This document shows positions 50,240-60,218 of a stretch of 64,000 nucleotides of DNA, piece after piece. Origin of the DNA: Spirochaetia bacterium (GTDB taxonomy: Bacteria; Spirochaetota; Spirochaetia; CADAEX01); NCBI GenBank assembly GCA_963662265.2, contig CAXXHA010000001.1, forward strand, positions 64,001 through 128,000, given 5' to 3'. Each line of letters opens with the position of its first letter. Position 1 is the first letter of the stretch. Made by a program: the position numbers and the translations under genes. Below the pieces are notes generated by a model. It made no database searches and had not been told where the DNA came from. It worked only from the letters and a program-made list of their open reading frames with translations.

Positions 50240-51262
50240 TTAAACAAGATTTCTTTCTATAAGGGTTTCAGCCACCTGAACTGCATTCAGAGCAGCTCCC
50301 TTACGGATGTTATTGGAAACAACCCACAGACTTAAACCATTATCAATGGTATAATCTTCTCTCACACGGCCTACCATTGTGAGATCTTCATCATTACTCA
50401 TAAGCGGCATTGGATAAACATCATTATCAACATCATCAATCAGCTTTATACTTTCGCCGTTCTTTAGCAGCTCCATAGCTTTTTCCCTGCTGATCTTTTT
50501 TTCTGTTTCAATATTTACAGATTCAGAATGACCATACCAGACAGGAACTCTTACACAGGTTGCATTAACATTAATTTTTTCATCAAGGATTTTTTTTGTT
50601 TCATTGACCATCTTGTATTCTTCCTTGGTGTATCCGCCTTCCTGAAACACATCTATATGAGGAAGACAATTAAAAGCAATCTGGGATTTATATGCTTTTG
50701 GTTCTTTTAATTCTCCAGTGTTGATATATTCCTCAGCTTCAGCTTTTAAGCCGTCAAAAGCTTTCTTACCTGAACCTGATACTGCCTGGTAAGTAGATAC
50801 AACCACCCTCTTAACTCCTGCATAATCATGAAGCGGTTTAAGAGCAACCATCATCTGAATAGTAGAGCAGTTGGGATTTGCAATAATACCTTTGTTCCAG
50901 TCCAGGTCCTCAGGATTAACTTCAGGAACAACAAGTGGACATTCAGGATCCATTCTCCACTGTGAGCTGTTATCTACTACTATAGCTCCCTGCTTTACTG
51001 CTTCAGGTGCAAGAGCTTTACTGGCATCTCCTCCGGCAGAAAAAATTGCCACATCTATGTCTTTGAAATTTTCAGATTTGGCTTCCAGGACTTTCCAGCT
51101 TTTTCCGTTAAAAATTACTTCTTTGCCTTCATTCTCTGCTATATCAAGCGGCCTGAATTCAGCAACAGGATAGTTTCTTTTTTCAAGAGTCTTTATCATT
51201 TCTGTTCCCACAAGCCCCATTGCGCCGACAACAGCTACATTATATTTATTTTTTTTACCCAT
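50240..51262 (-). CDS. asd: Aspartate-semialdehyde dehydrogenase
   Basis: GAMGLVG, DNSS, ANPNCST, STYQAVSGSG, CVRVPV and RKGAALNAVQ motifs. Confidence 0.96.
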   Translation of the reverse strand: MGKKNKYNVAVVGAMGLVGTEMIKTLEKRNYPVAEFRPLDIAENEGKEVIFNGKSWKVLEAKSENFKDIDVAIFSAGGDASKALAPEAVKQGAIVVDNSSQWRMDPECPLVVPEVNPEDLDWNKGIIANPNCSTIQMMVALKPLHDYAGVKRVVVSTYQAVSGSGKKAFDGLKAEAEEYINTGELKEPKAYKSQIAFNCLPHIDVFQEGGYTKEEYKMVNETKKILDEKINVNATCVRVPVWYGHSESVNIETEKKISREKAMELLKNGESIKLIDDVDNDVYPMPLMSNDEDLTMVGRVREDYTIDNGLSLWVVSNNIRKGAALNAVQVAETLIERNLV

Positions 51263-51386
51263 TTTTTTCTCCATATATATAAGCGTGAAATACAGGGATG
51301 CCCTTTACATACAAAAATTTCAGATTGGATTTGTCGATTAATTTTACATACATATCAGAACCTGTATCTCACGCTGTTTATTTTAT

Positions 51387-52769
51387 TTATGCGAGTTTAC
51401 CCGCTTCAATTTCTCTGATTACATCAGAAAGTATTTCAATTCCCTTCATAAGGTACTCTTCTGTAATTACCAGAGGAGGAAGAAGCCTTGCTACATTTCC
51501 GTGATGGCCTCCAACTTCGATCATGACTCCCCTCTGATGGCCGTACTTTCTAACCATCTTGGCATAATCGGCAGCCGGTTCCCTGGTCTCTGAATCCTTA
51601 ACCAATTCTATTGCTATCATGAGTCCGATTCCGCGAACTTCACCAACAATGGAACTCTCTTTTTCCAGTTCTTTGAGAGGAACCATTGCCTTAGCTCCAA
51701 GCTCAAGGGCTCTTTCCGGAATTTTATTCTCAGACATCCAGTTCAGAGCAGCCGCTCCTGCAGCATAAGCAACCATATTACCCCTGAATGTTCCAATAGT
51801 TTTGCCGGCAGGCCAGCTGTTGAGTTTTTCCCTGTATGCAATTGCAGAAATAGGAAATCCTATACCGCCAAGCGCCTTGCTCATAGTAATGATGTCAGGA
51901 ACAATATCAAAATGTTCAAAAGCAAACATCTTTCCGGTTCTGCCAAGGCCAGCCTGGATCTCATCACAAATCATCAATACATCATGCTTGTAGCAAATTT
52001 CCCTGACACGTTTCATAAACCGTGTTGTAGGAATTATTGTTCCGCCTTCACCCTGTACCGACTCCATAATTACTGCCGCAGGTTTTAAATAACCTGAATG
52101 GCTGTCTGATAAGACACGGTCAAGGTTTTCTGCTGCCTGCAAATCAACATCATCATCAGGACAGCCGAACGGATTACGGTATTTATACGGGTAAGGAAGG
52201 AACTGAACTCCAGGGACAAGCTGTCCGAGTCCTGTACGATGGTGAGCATCACATGTCATGGCAAGAGAAATTCCTGTCATACCGTGATAAGCACCTTCAA
52301 AAGCAATAATTCCGTCACGTCCTGTATTCCATCGGGCAAGCTTAATTGCCTGCTCAACTGCATCAGAGCCTGTCGGTCCTCCAAAAAAGACACGGCTTAA
52401 TTCTTTTGGAAGAAGTTTTCCAAGTGTTTCTACCATTTTTTGTCTGGTAGGTGTCGGAATATCAAGTGCATGAGTTACATCATCTATCTGCTCATGTGCT
52501 GCTTTTAGTACTTCCGGATGGCTGTGGCCTACTGCCATAACTCCTGCGCCGCTGAACATATCGATATAGATATTTCCATCCATATCCTCGATAGTTGCAC
52601 CCCGCCCCTTCTTTAAAGCCATAGGCATACCTTTTGAATAACTAACTGCTGAACTTTCATGCTCATTCTGAAAAGAAAGAATCTTCTGTGATTCCAGTCC
52701 CGGAGGGGTCACCTTGATCTTTGGTGCTCCTTCAAATGAAAGTTTTTCTAATTCCTGTTCACTGATCAT
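51387..52769 (-). CDS. Class III aminotransferase, diaminobutyrate/GABA transaminase-like
   Basis: GPTGSDAVE, AYHGMT, ESVQGEGG, DEIQAGLGRTG, SKALGG and GTFRGN motifs; GPTG and GTFRGN are typical of Dat/EctB-like enzymes. Confidence 0.88.
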   Translation of the reverse strand: MISEQELEKLSFEGAPKIKVTPPGLESQKILSFQNEHESSAVSYSKGMPMALKKGRGATIEDMDGNIYIDMFSGAGVMAVGHSHPEVLKAAHEQIDDVTHALDIPTPTRQKMVETLGKLLPKELSRVFFGGPTGSDAVEQAIKLARWNTGRDGIIAFEGAYHGMTGISLAMTCDAHHRTGLGQLVPGVQFLPYPYKYRNPFGCPDDDVDLQAAENLDRVLSDSHSGYLKPAAVIMESVQGEGGTIIPTTRFMKRVREICYKHDVLMICDEIQAGLGRTGKMFAFEHFDIVPDIITMSKALGGIGFPISAIAYREKLNSWPAGKTIGTFRGNMVAYAAGAAALNWMSENKIPERALELGAKAMVPLKELEKESSIVGEVRGIGLMIAIELVKDSETREPAADYAKMVRKYGHQRGVMIEVGGHHGNVARLLPPLVITEEYLMKGIEILSDVIREIEAGKLA

Positions 52770-53154
52770 TTTGATACCTCTTTAAAAGTTGTTTATAACC
52801 TATCTCTCAGCGGTAGAACCCTTCGAGTTGTTTTTCTTTTATTATTACTTGTCACCTGATATCGATAGTCACGTCCTGAAGTTCAAAAAAGGAAATGACT
52901 CGTATTTCAGAAAAAGCGTTCCGGTAGAGAAAAGGCACGCTTTTCTTTGGGTTTTAAATATTAAAAACTTTTTTAACTGTTATTATTTCCTTAAATTACC
53001 TGGATCGTTCTCTCTTAACCCCCGGCAGTAAATCAAAACCCGCCGGTCCCAATAGATAACCAATATTTTTATTATTCAGATTTAAAATTAAATCCGCTTC
53101 TCTAATCCTTCTCTCTTATTAGAATTTCTGTTCTAACACTTTCATACACCTATA

Positions 53155-53171
53155 TGCATATTACGTGCCAA
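53155..53171 (-). promoter_or_regulatory. Sigma54 promoter for the class III aminotransferase
   Basis: TTGGCACG-TAATA-TGCA with correct -24/-12 spacing. Confidence 0.8.
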
Positions 53172-53296
53172 GACGTTAAATAAGTGTTTTTTGTTATAAT
53201 TACCACAAAAAAATGCTGAAAATGAAATGTTTGGAGTAATTTTCATACAGTTCAGTATTAGAAATCAGAAATATTTGTGAATATTTCGCCTTTAAG

Positions 53297-53437
53297 TGCA
53301 AAATTTTCGGCATCTCTGCCGATTATTTTGCAACATACTCTGTAATTCAGCTTATTTGGACTGGTGGGAGTGCAAAAATATAGGTTATATGCATTCGGAT
53401 ATAAATATTACATAAAATAAGTGCAAAATATTTTGCA
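53297..53437. promoter_or_regulatory. RocR-like enhancer boxes
   Basis: TGCAAAATTTTCGGCA, TGCCGATTATTTTGCA and perfect TGCAAAATATTTTGCA. Confidence 0.72.
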
Positions 53438-53976
53438 GGCATTATCATATTGTGCATATATATGCGCTGATGACCAAAGAAGATTATCAGAATATTCTGC
53501 AAATCATATCAGCCCTTATCCATTCTTCTGTTTTTCAACATACCAACCGGTTAATCCTGATCTTACATATTCTTATCCTGTTTATACCTGTGCCGCCTGA
53601 AAGATTCTTCCATCAGGTCCTGATATAGGGCAGAGAGAACAGCTTGTAGAACATCTTCCATGGAAGGGAGGAACATTGCGTACAATTCCAGATAGAAAAC
53701 AACTTCTTTAAGAGGTTGAGATGACAGGAAGTAATGGATATTTATTTGAAATAAAAGAATGGAATAATGTAATTATCATTCTAAAAATGGATATTAATTT
53801 TCTTCCGGAGAAAAAGCTCATTGAATAAGACAATGAGCTCCTTTTATCTCCGTTTTAATCTATCCTTGTATGTGAAAGAATAAATATGTTTCTCACATGC
53901 AAAATTTTCGTGTATCATTTCATTTAAATCACACAGCTTTTATTTTACAGGTCTGCAGTCTTTCCTGATTATCTAT

Positions 53977-55147
53977 TTATTTTTTTAAATAATTAATAGC
54001 AGTGCGGACATGAAGCTCTGCCCCAACAGGAAGTACATCTTCATCAATATCAAATTTTGGATGATGGTGAGGATAATCTGAACCTATTGCCGGATTATTG
54101 ATCCCTACAAAGGAGAAGGCCCCGGGTGTTGTCTTAAGATAGTCGCTGAAGTCTTCACCAGCCATAGTCCTTATTCTTGAAGTTATTTTGGAAGGGTCAC
54201 AGAGTGTCTCTTTTGCGGCAGAACGAACCACAGCTGCAGCTTCAGGATTATTGGACAGAAGATGATTTCCCACTTTGAACTCAAGCTTGTAACTAACCCG
54301 ATGAGCCTGGCATATGTTTGAAATTATTCTTTCGAAGCTCTCAAAGATTTTCTCTCCCCCCTCGTAAAGGAAACGTATGGATCCCTTTATCTTAACTTTT
54401 TCCGGGACTATCGTCATATTGCTTCCGGCGTGAAATTCTGTAAACATTATGACAGAGGGATTCAGCGCATCTGTTTCCCTGGTCTGGATAGCCTGTACTG
54501 CCTGGATGATTTGAGTTGCAGGATAGATAGGGTCGATGGATTCATGGGCAAAGCCTGCATGACCGCCTTTACCCTGTATAGTGAGGTAGAAGTAGTGGCT
54601 TGCCGCCATCTGAGGGCCGTCAACAATATCAACTGTACCGGATGGGATCTGTGACCAGAGGTGGACTCCGAAAGCAGCATCTACACCGGGGTTTTCCATT
54701 ATACCCTCTTCAATCATTTTATAGGCGCCTGCATCCTCTTCGTTCGGCTGGAATGCGAATTTAATATTACCTTCAATTTCATCCCGCATCCCGGCAAGGA
54801 CTTTTGCAGCTGCCATAAGCATTGCAAGATGACCGTCATGTCCGCAGGCATGCATTATTCCCTTTTCTTTCGAGGCAAAGGAAAGTCCTGTCTCTTCCTC
54901 TACAGGAATAGCAATCCATATCTGAACGAAGAAGAACTGTTTTGCCCGGCTTACTCCCTGACAGGAGAGCAACAACACCAGTCCCTGCAATCTTTTTTAC
55001 ATCATCAAGCCCGCAGGCTTTTAAATATTCAATTACTTTTTCCTGGGTTCTGTATTCCTGAAATCCCAGCTCAGGATTTTGGTGGAAGTCTCTTCTAAGC
55101 TCAACCAGCTCCTGTTTCAGAGTCTCTATCTTTTTTTTTATGTCCAT
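53977..55147 (-). CDS. M20D amidohydrolase, apparent +1 frameshift near 54914
   Basis: RRDFHQNPELGFQE, LRSDMD|AIP, MHACGHDGH, FQPNEE, GGHA, GEDFS and HHHPKF motifs split over two ORFs. Confidence 0.9.
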
Positions 55148-55168
55148 ATGTTTCTCCAATAAAAAAGA

Positions 55169-55190
55169 GGAGCAGGAGTACTCCTGCTCC
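55169..55190 (-). terminator. Perfect intergenic palindrome with T tail
   Basis: GGAGCAGGAGTACTCCTGCTCC followed by TCTTTTTT on the minus strand, between symporter and amidohydrolase. Confidence 0.55.
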
Positions 55191-55214
55191 CTTAAAAAAG
55201 TAATTACGCAGTTT

Positions 55215-56576
55215 CTATTCTTTGACCCCTACTGTGCTAGTAAAAAATTCTTTTGTTAATTCTACAACTTTTTTCCTCATTCCTATAAGGAGGATAAGGT
55301 TAATCGCAACAGTTATACCCATAAACAGGTCAAGAAGGCCCCAGATAATTCGAAGTCCGCCTACAGCTCCGATAACAACAGCTATAAGAAATACAATTCT
55401 TACAGGCATAATCGCTTTATTACCAAAGCAGTACACTGCTCCAGTTTCGCTGTAATATTCTGCTACTAAAATTGTTGTGTAGGCAAAAAACAGAATTGAA
55501 ATTGTAACAATCAAATCTCCAGGTCCAGGTAAGCCTGTCTGAAAAGCTGTAGCTGTAAGACTTGCTCCAACCTCACCGCTTGGAATAACGCCTGTTATAA
55601 CGATAACAAGACCAGTCATTGTACAAACAATTATTGTGTCTACAAAGACTTCAAATATGCCCCAGATACCCTGTCTGACAGGATGATCGACTGTCGCTGT
55701 TGCATGCGCAACAGGTGAAGTTCCCATTCCTGCTTCGTTAGAGTATACACCTCTGGCAAAACCATTTCGAATAACTACCATTAGAGTTGAACCTGCAAAG
55801 CCTCCGGCCGGAGCCATACCTGTAAAGGCTGATTTTACAATAGTTGCAAGTGCAGCAGGTATTGCTGTAACATTTGCAAGTATAATAAATAAAGCTGCCA
55901 ATGTATAAATTACTGCCATGATAGGAACCATTTTCTCTGCAACCTTCCCAATTCTTTTGATACCGCCGAGAATAACAAGTCCGGAGAGTACAGCTATAAT
56001 AATACCTACAACAAGATGATTTCCTCCAAAAGAGTGGTTGATAACATCTGAGATTGAGTTGGACTGAACTGCTCCGCTGATGAGAAACTGTAGAAAGAAG
56101 AGAAGACTCCAGATAAAAGCCAGCCATCGCCAGTTTTCACCCAAACCTTTCTTTACAATGTACATAAATCCGCCCCGGTATATACCAGTTTCCGGATCTT
56201 TTTCACGGTAATGCATACCCAGAACAATTTCTGCATATTTGGCAATTGCTGCAAGAAGAGCAACTACCCACATCCAGAAAAGCGCTCCGGCGCCGCCGAT
56301 TGCTACTGCAACTCCAACTCCTGCGATATTTCCAGTTCCCAGAGTTCCTGCCAATGCAGAAGCTGCTGCCTGAAACGGAGTTAAGTTTCCTTCGCCGATT
56401 ACTTCCTTGTTAAACATTTTCCCGAAAGTGTTTTTCATTATAAATCCGAACTTTCTGAACTGGAAAAATCTCAGCAGTAACGAATAAATAATCGCAGTTA
56501 CGGTAATAATACCGATAAGTGGCCATCCCCAGAGAAATCCGACAATAATGCCCACAAAATTCATAAATGTATCCAT
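55215..56576 (-). CDS. Alanine/glycine:cation symporter (AGCS) family amino-acid carrier
   Basis: LGTGNIAGV, GGAGALFWMW, RGVYSNEAGMG and FVDTIIVCTMT motifs. Confidence 0.94.
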   Translation of the reverse strand: MDTFMNFVGIIVGFLWGWPLIGIITVTAIIYSLLLRFFQFRKFGFIMKNTFGKMFNKEVIGEGNLTPFQAAASALAGTLGTGNIAGVGVAVAIGGAGALFWMWVVALLAAIAKYAEIVLGMHYREKDPETGIYRGGFMYIVKKGLGENWRWLAFIWSLLFFLQFLISGAVQSNSISDVINHSFGGNHLVVGIIIAVLSGLVILGGIKRIGKVAEKMVPIMAVIYTLAALFIILANVTAIPAALATIVKSAFTGMAPAGGFAGSTLMVVIRNGFARGVYSNEAGMGTSPVAHATATVDHPVRQGIWGIFEVFVDTIIVCTMTGLVIVITGVIPSGEVGASLTATAFQTGLPGPGDLIVTISILFFAYTTILVAEYYSETGAVYCFGNKAIMPVRIVFLIAVVIGAVGGLRIIWGLLDLFMGITVAINLILLIGMRKKVVELTKEFFTSTVGVKE

Positions 56577-56898
56577 AGATACCTCCCCCTAAAAGAATTT
56601 ATATTTTAAAAAATGGCAAAACATAGAAAATTTCCGCTTAGTTTTTTCATACATCGATCTTTAACGCAAATAAAGTTCTCTGAAGTCATCAAGCTTATTT
56701 AATAGCTCTTACCTTCAAAAAGCAAATGCTTCTTTAAAAAGACCATAAATAGCTATTTTAAAGAAAAAGCCTTTAAGAGTATCTGCTTGACAATAAATTT
56801 CACTTAGGTTATATGAAAAAACTGCAGAATGAATCCCTGATATATTCCTTTTCGAATCAATAAAACAAGGCCTACCGGCTCACGTATATAACTAATAA

Positions 56899-57328
56899 TT
56901 TTATTATTCAGATTTAAACTCTGTTTCTCTAATCCTTCTCTGTTGTCAGTATTTTTGTTCAAGCACCTTAAAAGACCCCATACATATTCCGTGCCAAGTC
57001 ATTAAATAGGTGATTTATATTGTTATTACCACAAAAAAATGCTGAATATGAAATGTTTGGAGTAATTTTTATACAGTTAAGTATTAGAAATCAGAAATAT
57101 TTGTGAATATTTCGCCTTTAAGTGCAAAATATTCGGCAAAAATGCCGAATATTTTGCAACGAACTCTGTAATTCAGCTTATTTGGACTGGTGAGAGTGCA
57201 AAAATAAAGGTTATATACATTTGGAAATATATATTACAGGAAAAAAAGTGCAAAATATTTTGCAGGCATCGTCTTGTTATGTTATTATATAAACTTATGA
57301 CTAAAGAAGATTATCAGAATATTATGCA
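56899..57328. repeat. Duplicated regulatory block, copy B (sigma54 promoter 56981-56997; enhancer boxes 57123-57158 and 57249-57264)
   Basis: TTGGCACG-GAATA-TGTA on the minus strand; TGCAAAATATTTTGCA-type palindromes. Confidence 0.88.
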
Positions 57329-58695
57329 CACCCTCTCCGAAAACGTAAGCGAAGGTATCTACATTGTCAGCTCAGACGGCATGAGCCTCTTATACAACAA
57401 AAGCATGTCGAAGCTCGAAGAAATGAAACCGGAGGATGTTATTGGAAAAAATCTTAATGAAGTGCAGTCAAATATTCCGGATGGAGAAAGCACTCTCATC
57501 AGAGCATTGAAATTTAAAAACAAGACCAATAACTGCAATCAAACATATATCAACCATTACGGCAAAGAAATTACTACCATAAATACCACCATACCTGTCC
57601 TTAATAAAGAGAATGAAGTAATTGCTGCCATAGAAATAGCTTAGAGATGTTACAGATATCAAGAAGATGTCTGATACTATTATTGATTTGCAGAATGAAA
57701 ACATTAATTCAAAGAAAATTGGCAAGAGAATAAAAACCTATACATTTAAGGATTTTGTGTGTCATGATGATGTTTTTCAGAAAGTTCTTACAAGATCAAA
57801 AAAAGCAGCAAAGGTGAATGCCTCTGTTCTTATTTACGGAGAAACCGGGACCGGTAAAGAATTAATTGCACACAGTATTCACAATGAAAGCATCAGACGA
57901 AACAAACCGTTTATAGCTCAAAATTGCGCAGCACTTCCCGATAGCCTGTTAGAAGGTATACTCTTTGGAACAGCAAAGGGAAGCTTCACAGGAGCGGTTG
58001 ATCGCGCAGGAATATTCGAGCAGGCCAACGGCGGCACCCTGCTGCTTGATGAAATCAATTCCCTGCCTGTTGATCTTCAAAGTAAACTCCTGCGCGTACT
58101 GCAGGAAAATTATCTACGGAGAGTCGGTGGCTCAAAAGATATCCCGGTCGATGTAAGAATCATTGCAACAATTAATGAAACCCCTAAAGATTTAATTGAC
58201 GGTGGAAAGCTTAGACAGGATTTATATTACAGGTTGAAGATTATCGAGATAAACCTCCCGCCTCTTCGAAGCAGAAAAAAGGATATTCTGCCGCTGGTTG
58301 AATATTTTATCAGTAAATACAACAAAGAATTCGGAAAAAATGTAATGGGCATAACGGAAAAAGCAAAAGAAATGCTTATCAATTATGATTATCCAGGAAA
58401 CATAAGAGAACTGGAGCATATGTTCATGTCCATTGTTTCCATGAGTGAAGATGCAATTTATGTTGATGAAAAACACCTTAACCTGTCTGCCCGTTCTAAA
58501 CCAGATATTCAGAGATATCATATTAATGAGGTAGAAAATCAGAGCCTCGACACATATCTGGAAAATATTGAAAAGGCTCTTATCTCAGAAGCCTTCGAAG
58601 CTGCCGGCCAATCGGTTACAAAAACAGCAGCTTATCTGAAAATAAAGCGACAGACTTTACAGTATAAGTTAAAGAAATACGGCATTAGAACTTAA
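57297..58695 (+). CDS. RocR-like PAS + sigma54 AAA+ + Fis-HTH activator, apparent +1 frameshift near 57641
   Basis: PAS domain, GETGTGKE, QNCAALP, GSFTGA, LLDEI, DLYYRL, YPGNIREL and RQTLQYKLKKY motifs; EIA|RDVT restored by removing one T. Confidence 0.9.
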
Positions 58696-58747
58696 AGACC
58701 AGAGCGGTATCAGGATTCTATTGAAACAGGTTTAAAAAACGTATCCC

Positions 58748-58907
58748 GGACCGTTGCAAAATTGTCCGAGACTATATTCATGCCTGGAGGTTGTGGGAAT
58801 AACAAATATTTTTGCAGGCAGAAACAGAAATACGCCATATAATCTACACATAAATAAAAAATAGAAAAATTATTTCTTTTCTCCAAGGACAACTTATGCA
58901 ACCAGAC
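58748..58907. mobile_element. MITE copy 2
   Basis: GGACCGTTGCAAAATTGTCCG...GGACAACTTATGCAACCAGAC; the interior matches 45181-45345. Confidence 0.78.
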
Positions 58908-59165
58908 GAACCTGAGACTGATCTGAATCTGGAAGAATTATACAAAAATCAAGATCACTATCTTTGATAGGAGGAGGCCCCAGACAGAAGAACCATATAA
59001 AAAGATCTATTTGGGATGATATAAATCTATAGAAAAAATATTTATTGATGTAATTATACATTGATACGATGTCTTGTATTGAGACTACCTATATAAATAA
59101 TAAATTATAATTTCTCTTTTTCGTTCTTTACTTTTTTAGAAAAATGCATTTATATAATTTTACTT

Positions 59166-59233
59166 AGGGATCAGATGGTTTTATTTAAATAAAATTAATC
59201 GGGCATTAGCAGCGAGTATTTCGTGGGACCCCT
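59166..59233 (+). ncRNA. NiCo (czcD) riboswitch candidate
   Basis: AGG-GATCAG...P2...GGGC-P3-GCAGC-P4-GTGGGAC-CCCT matches the NiCo four-way-junction pattern. Starts just after a TATAAT and precedes a CDF gene. Confidence 0.7.
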
Positions 59234-59262
59234 CGAATAATTATTCAAAGGAGACCCAATAA

Positions 59263-59703
59263 ATGCGGAATACGAATTCATCAACCAATTCTAAAGAACG
59301 TTTAAAGCAAGCAAACAAAACAACCGGTATCGGAGCAATATTTAATATCGTTTTGAGTCTAACCAAGATTATTACCGGTATATTACTAAGTTTATTTATT
59401 ATCAAAGAAGCATTTCATATTGGAAAAATCAGTATAAATGAACTTTTAGAAATCGCATTACCTAGAGAGATCCAGAACCAAATTCTGCAGGTAGCATCTT
59501 CAACACAAGGTGTTTACAACCCCCACAATTTAAAAACAAGACGAATTGGTAATATATCTGCAGTAGATCTACATATTTTAATAGACTCAAATACTACTGT
59601 TGAGAATGGCCATAATATAGCACATAAGGTCGAATCGGCTGTAAAAGAAGAATTAGGTGATGATATGATATGAGATTTTCTATCCACATAGAGCCAAATC
59701 ATA
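59263..59703 (+). pseudogene. CDF (FieF/CzcD-like) cation exporter with internal deletion
   Basis: TM1 is fused directly to TM6 and the cytosolic dimer domain (HNLKTRRIG, VDLHI, GHNIA); the terminal IHIEP is out of frame. Confidence 0.78.
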
Positions 59704-60218
59704 GTAAAATATAAATAATCATTATGACAATTACAGATACTATTTTTTAGTGTGTATCTTACAATAATCAGTTGTCGTCTTGTTGCGATATTACATCTGC
59801 GAATAATATTCACACTTGGGGGACCTGGGGGTATGCCAAGCCCAATATTAGGGACTTTGCTATTTGGTGGAGTCCTTTTTTATTGATTGTCAGCCTGTTT
59901 GAAATCAGTTTATTCCAGTTTCAGTTTTTATGATAAAGAGAATACAATCTCTCTAATGTATTGTTTTAAAAAAGTTCCAGATCTAATAATAAAAGAATTG
60001 AAAACCAGTCAAATTTCACTCCATGTATCATACTTGAACTATTAAAAAGAAAACCTGTACTTCTATTATTTTTAAACAAACCAAAAGGGACATATATAAA
60101 AAAAATCTCTCCAAGTAAGAATTATTTTTTCTCTGCCAGAGCTGAACCTTTTATACTATTACAGTTTAAAATATGGTGCTATTATTCGAAGGTCATAAAT
60201 CAGCAAGGAAGTGAAGCA

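Larger units (their letters stand above)
53067..53501. repeat. Duplicated regulatory block, copy A
   Basis: Colinear with 56899-57328, including long identical stretches (GTATTAGAAATCAGAAATATTTGTGAATATTTCGCCTTTAAGTGCAAAAT). Confidence 0.9.

Noticed and set aside
48692-52769. Ectoine or diaminopropane biosynthesis cluster (ask-asd-ectB/dat)
   Set aside because: No ectA, ectC or DABA decarboxylase in the window, and the context (importer, hydrolase, RocR-like activator) looks catabolic.
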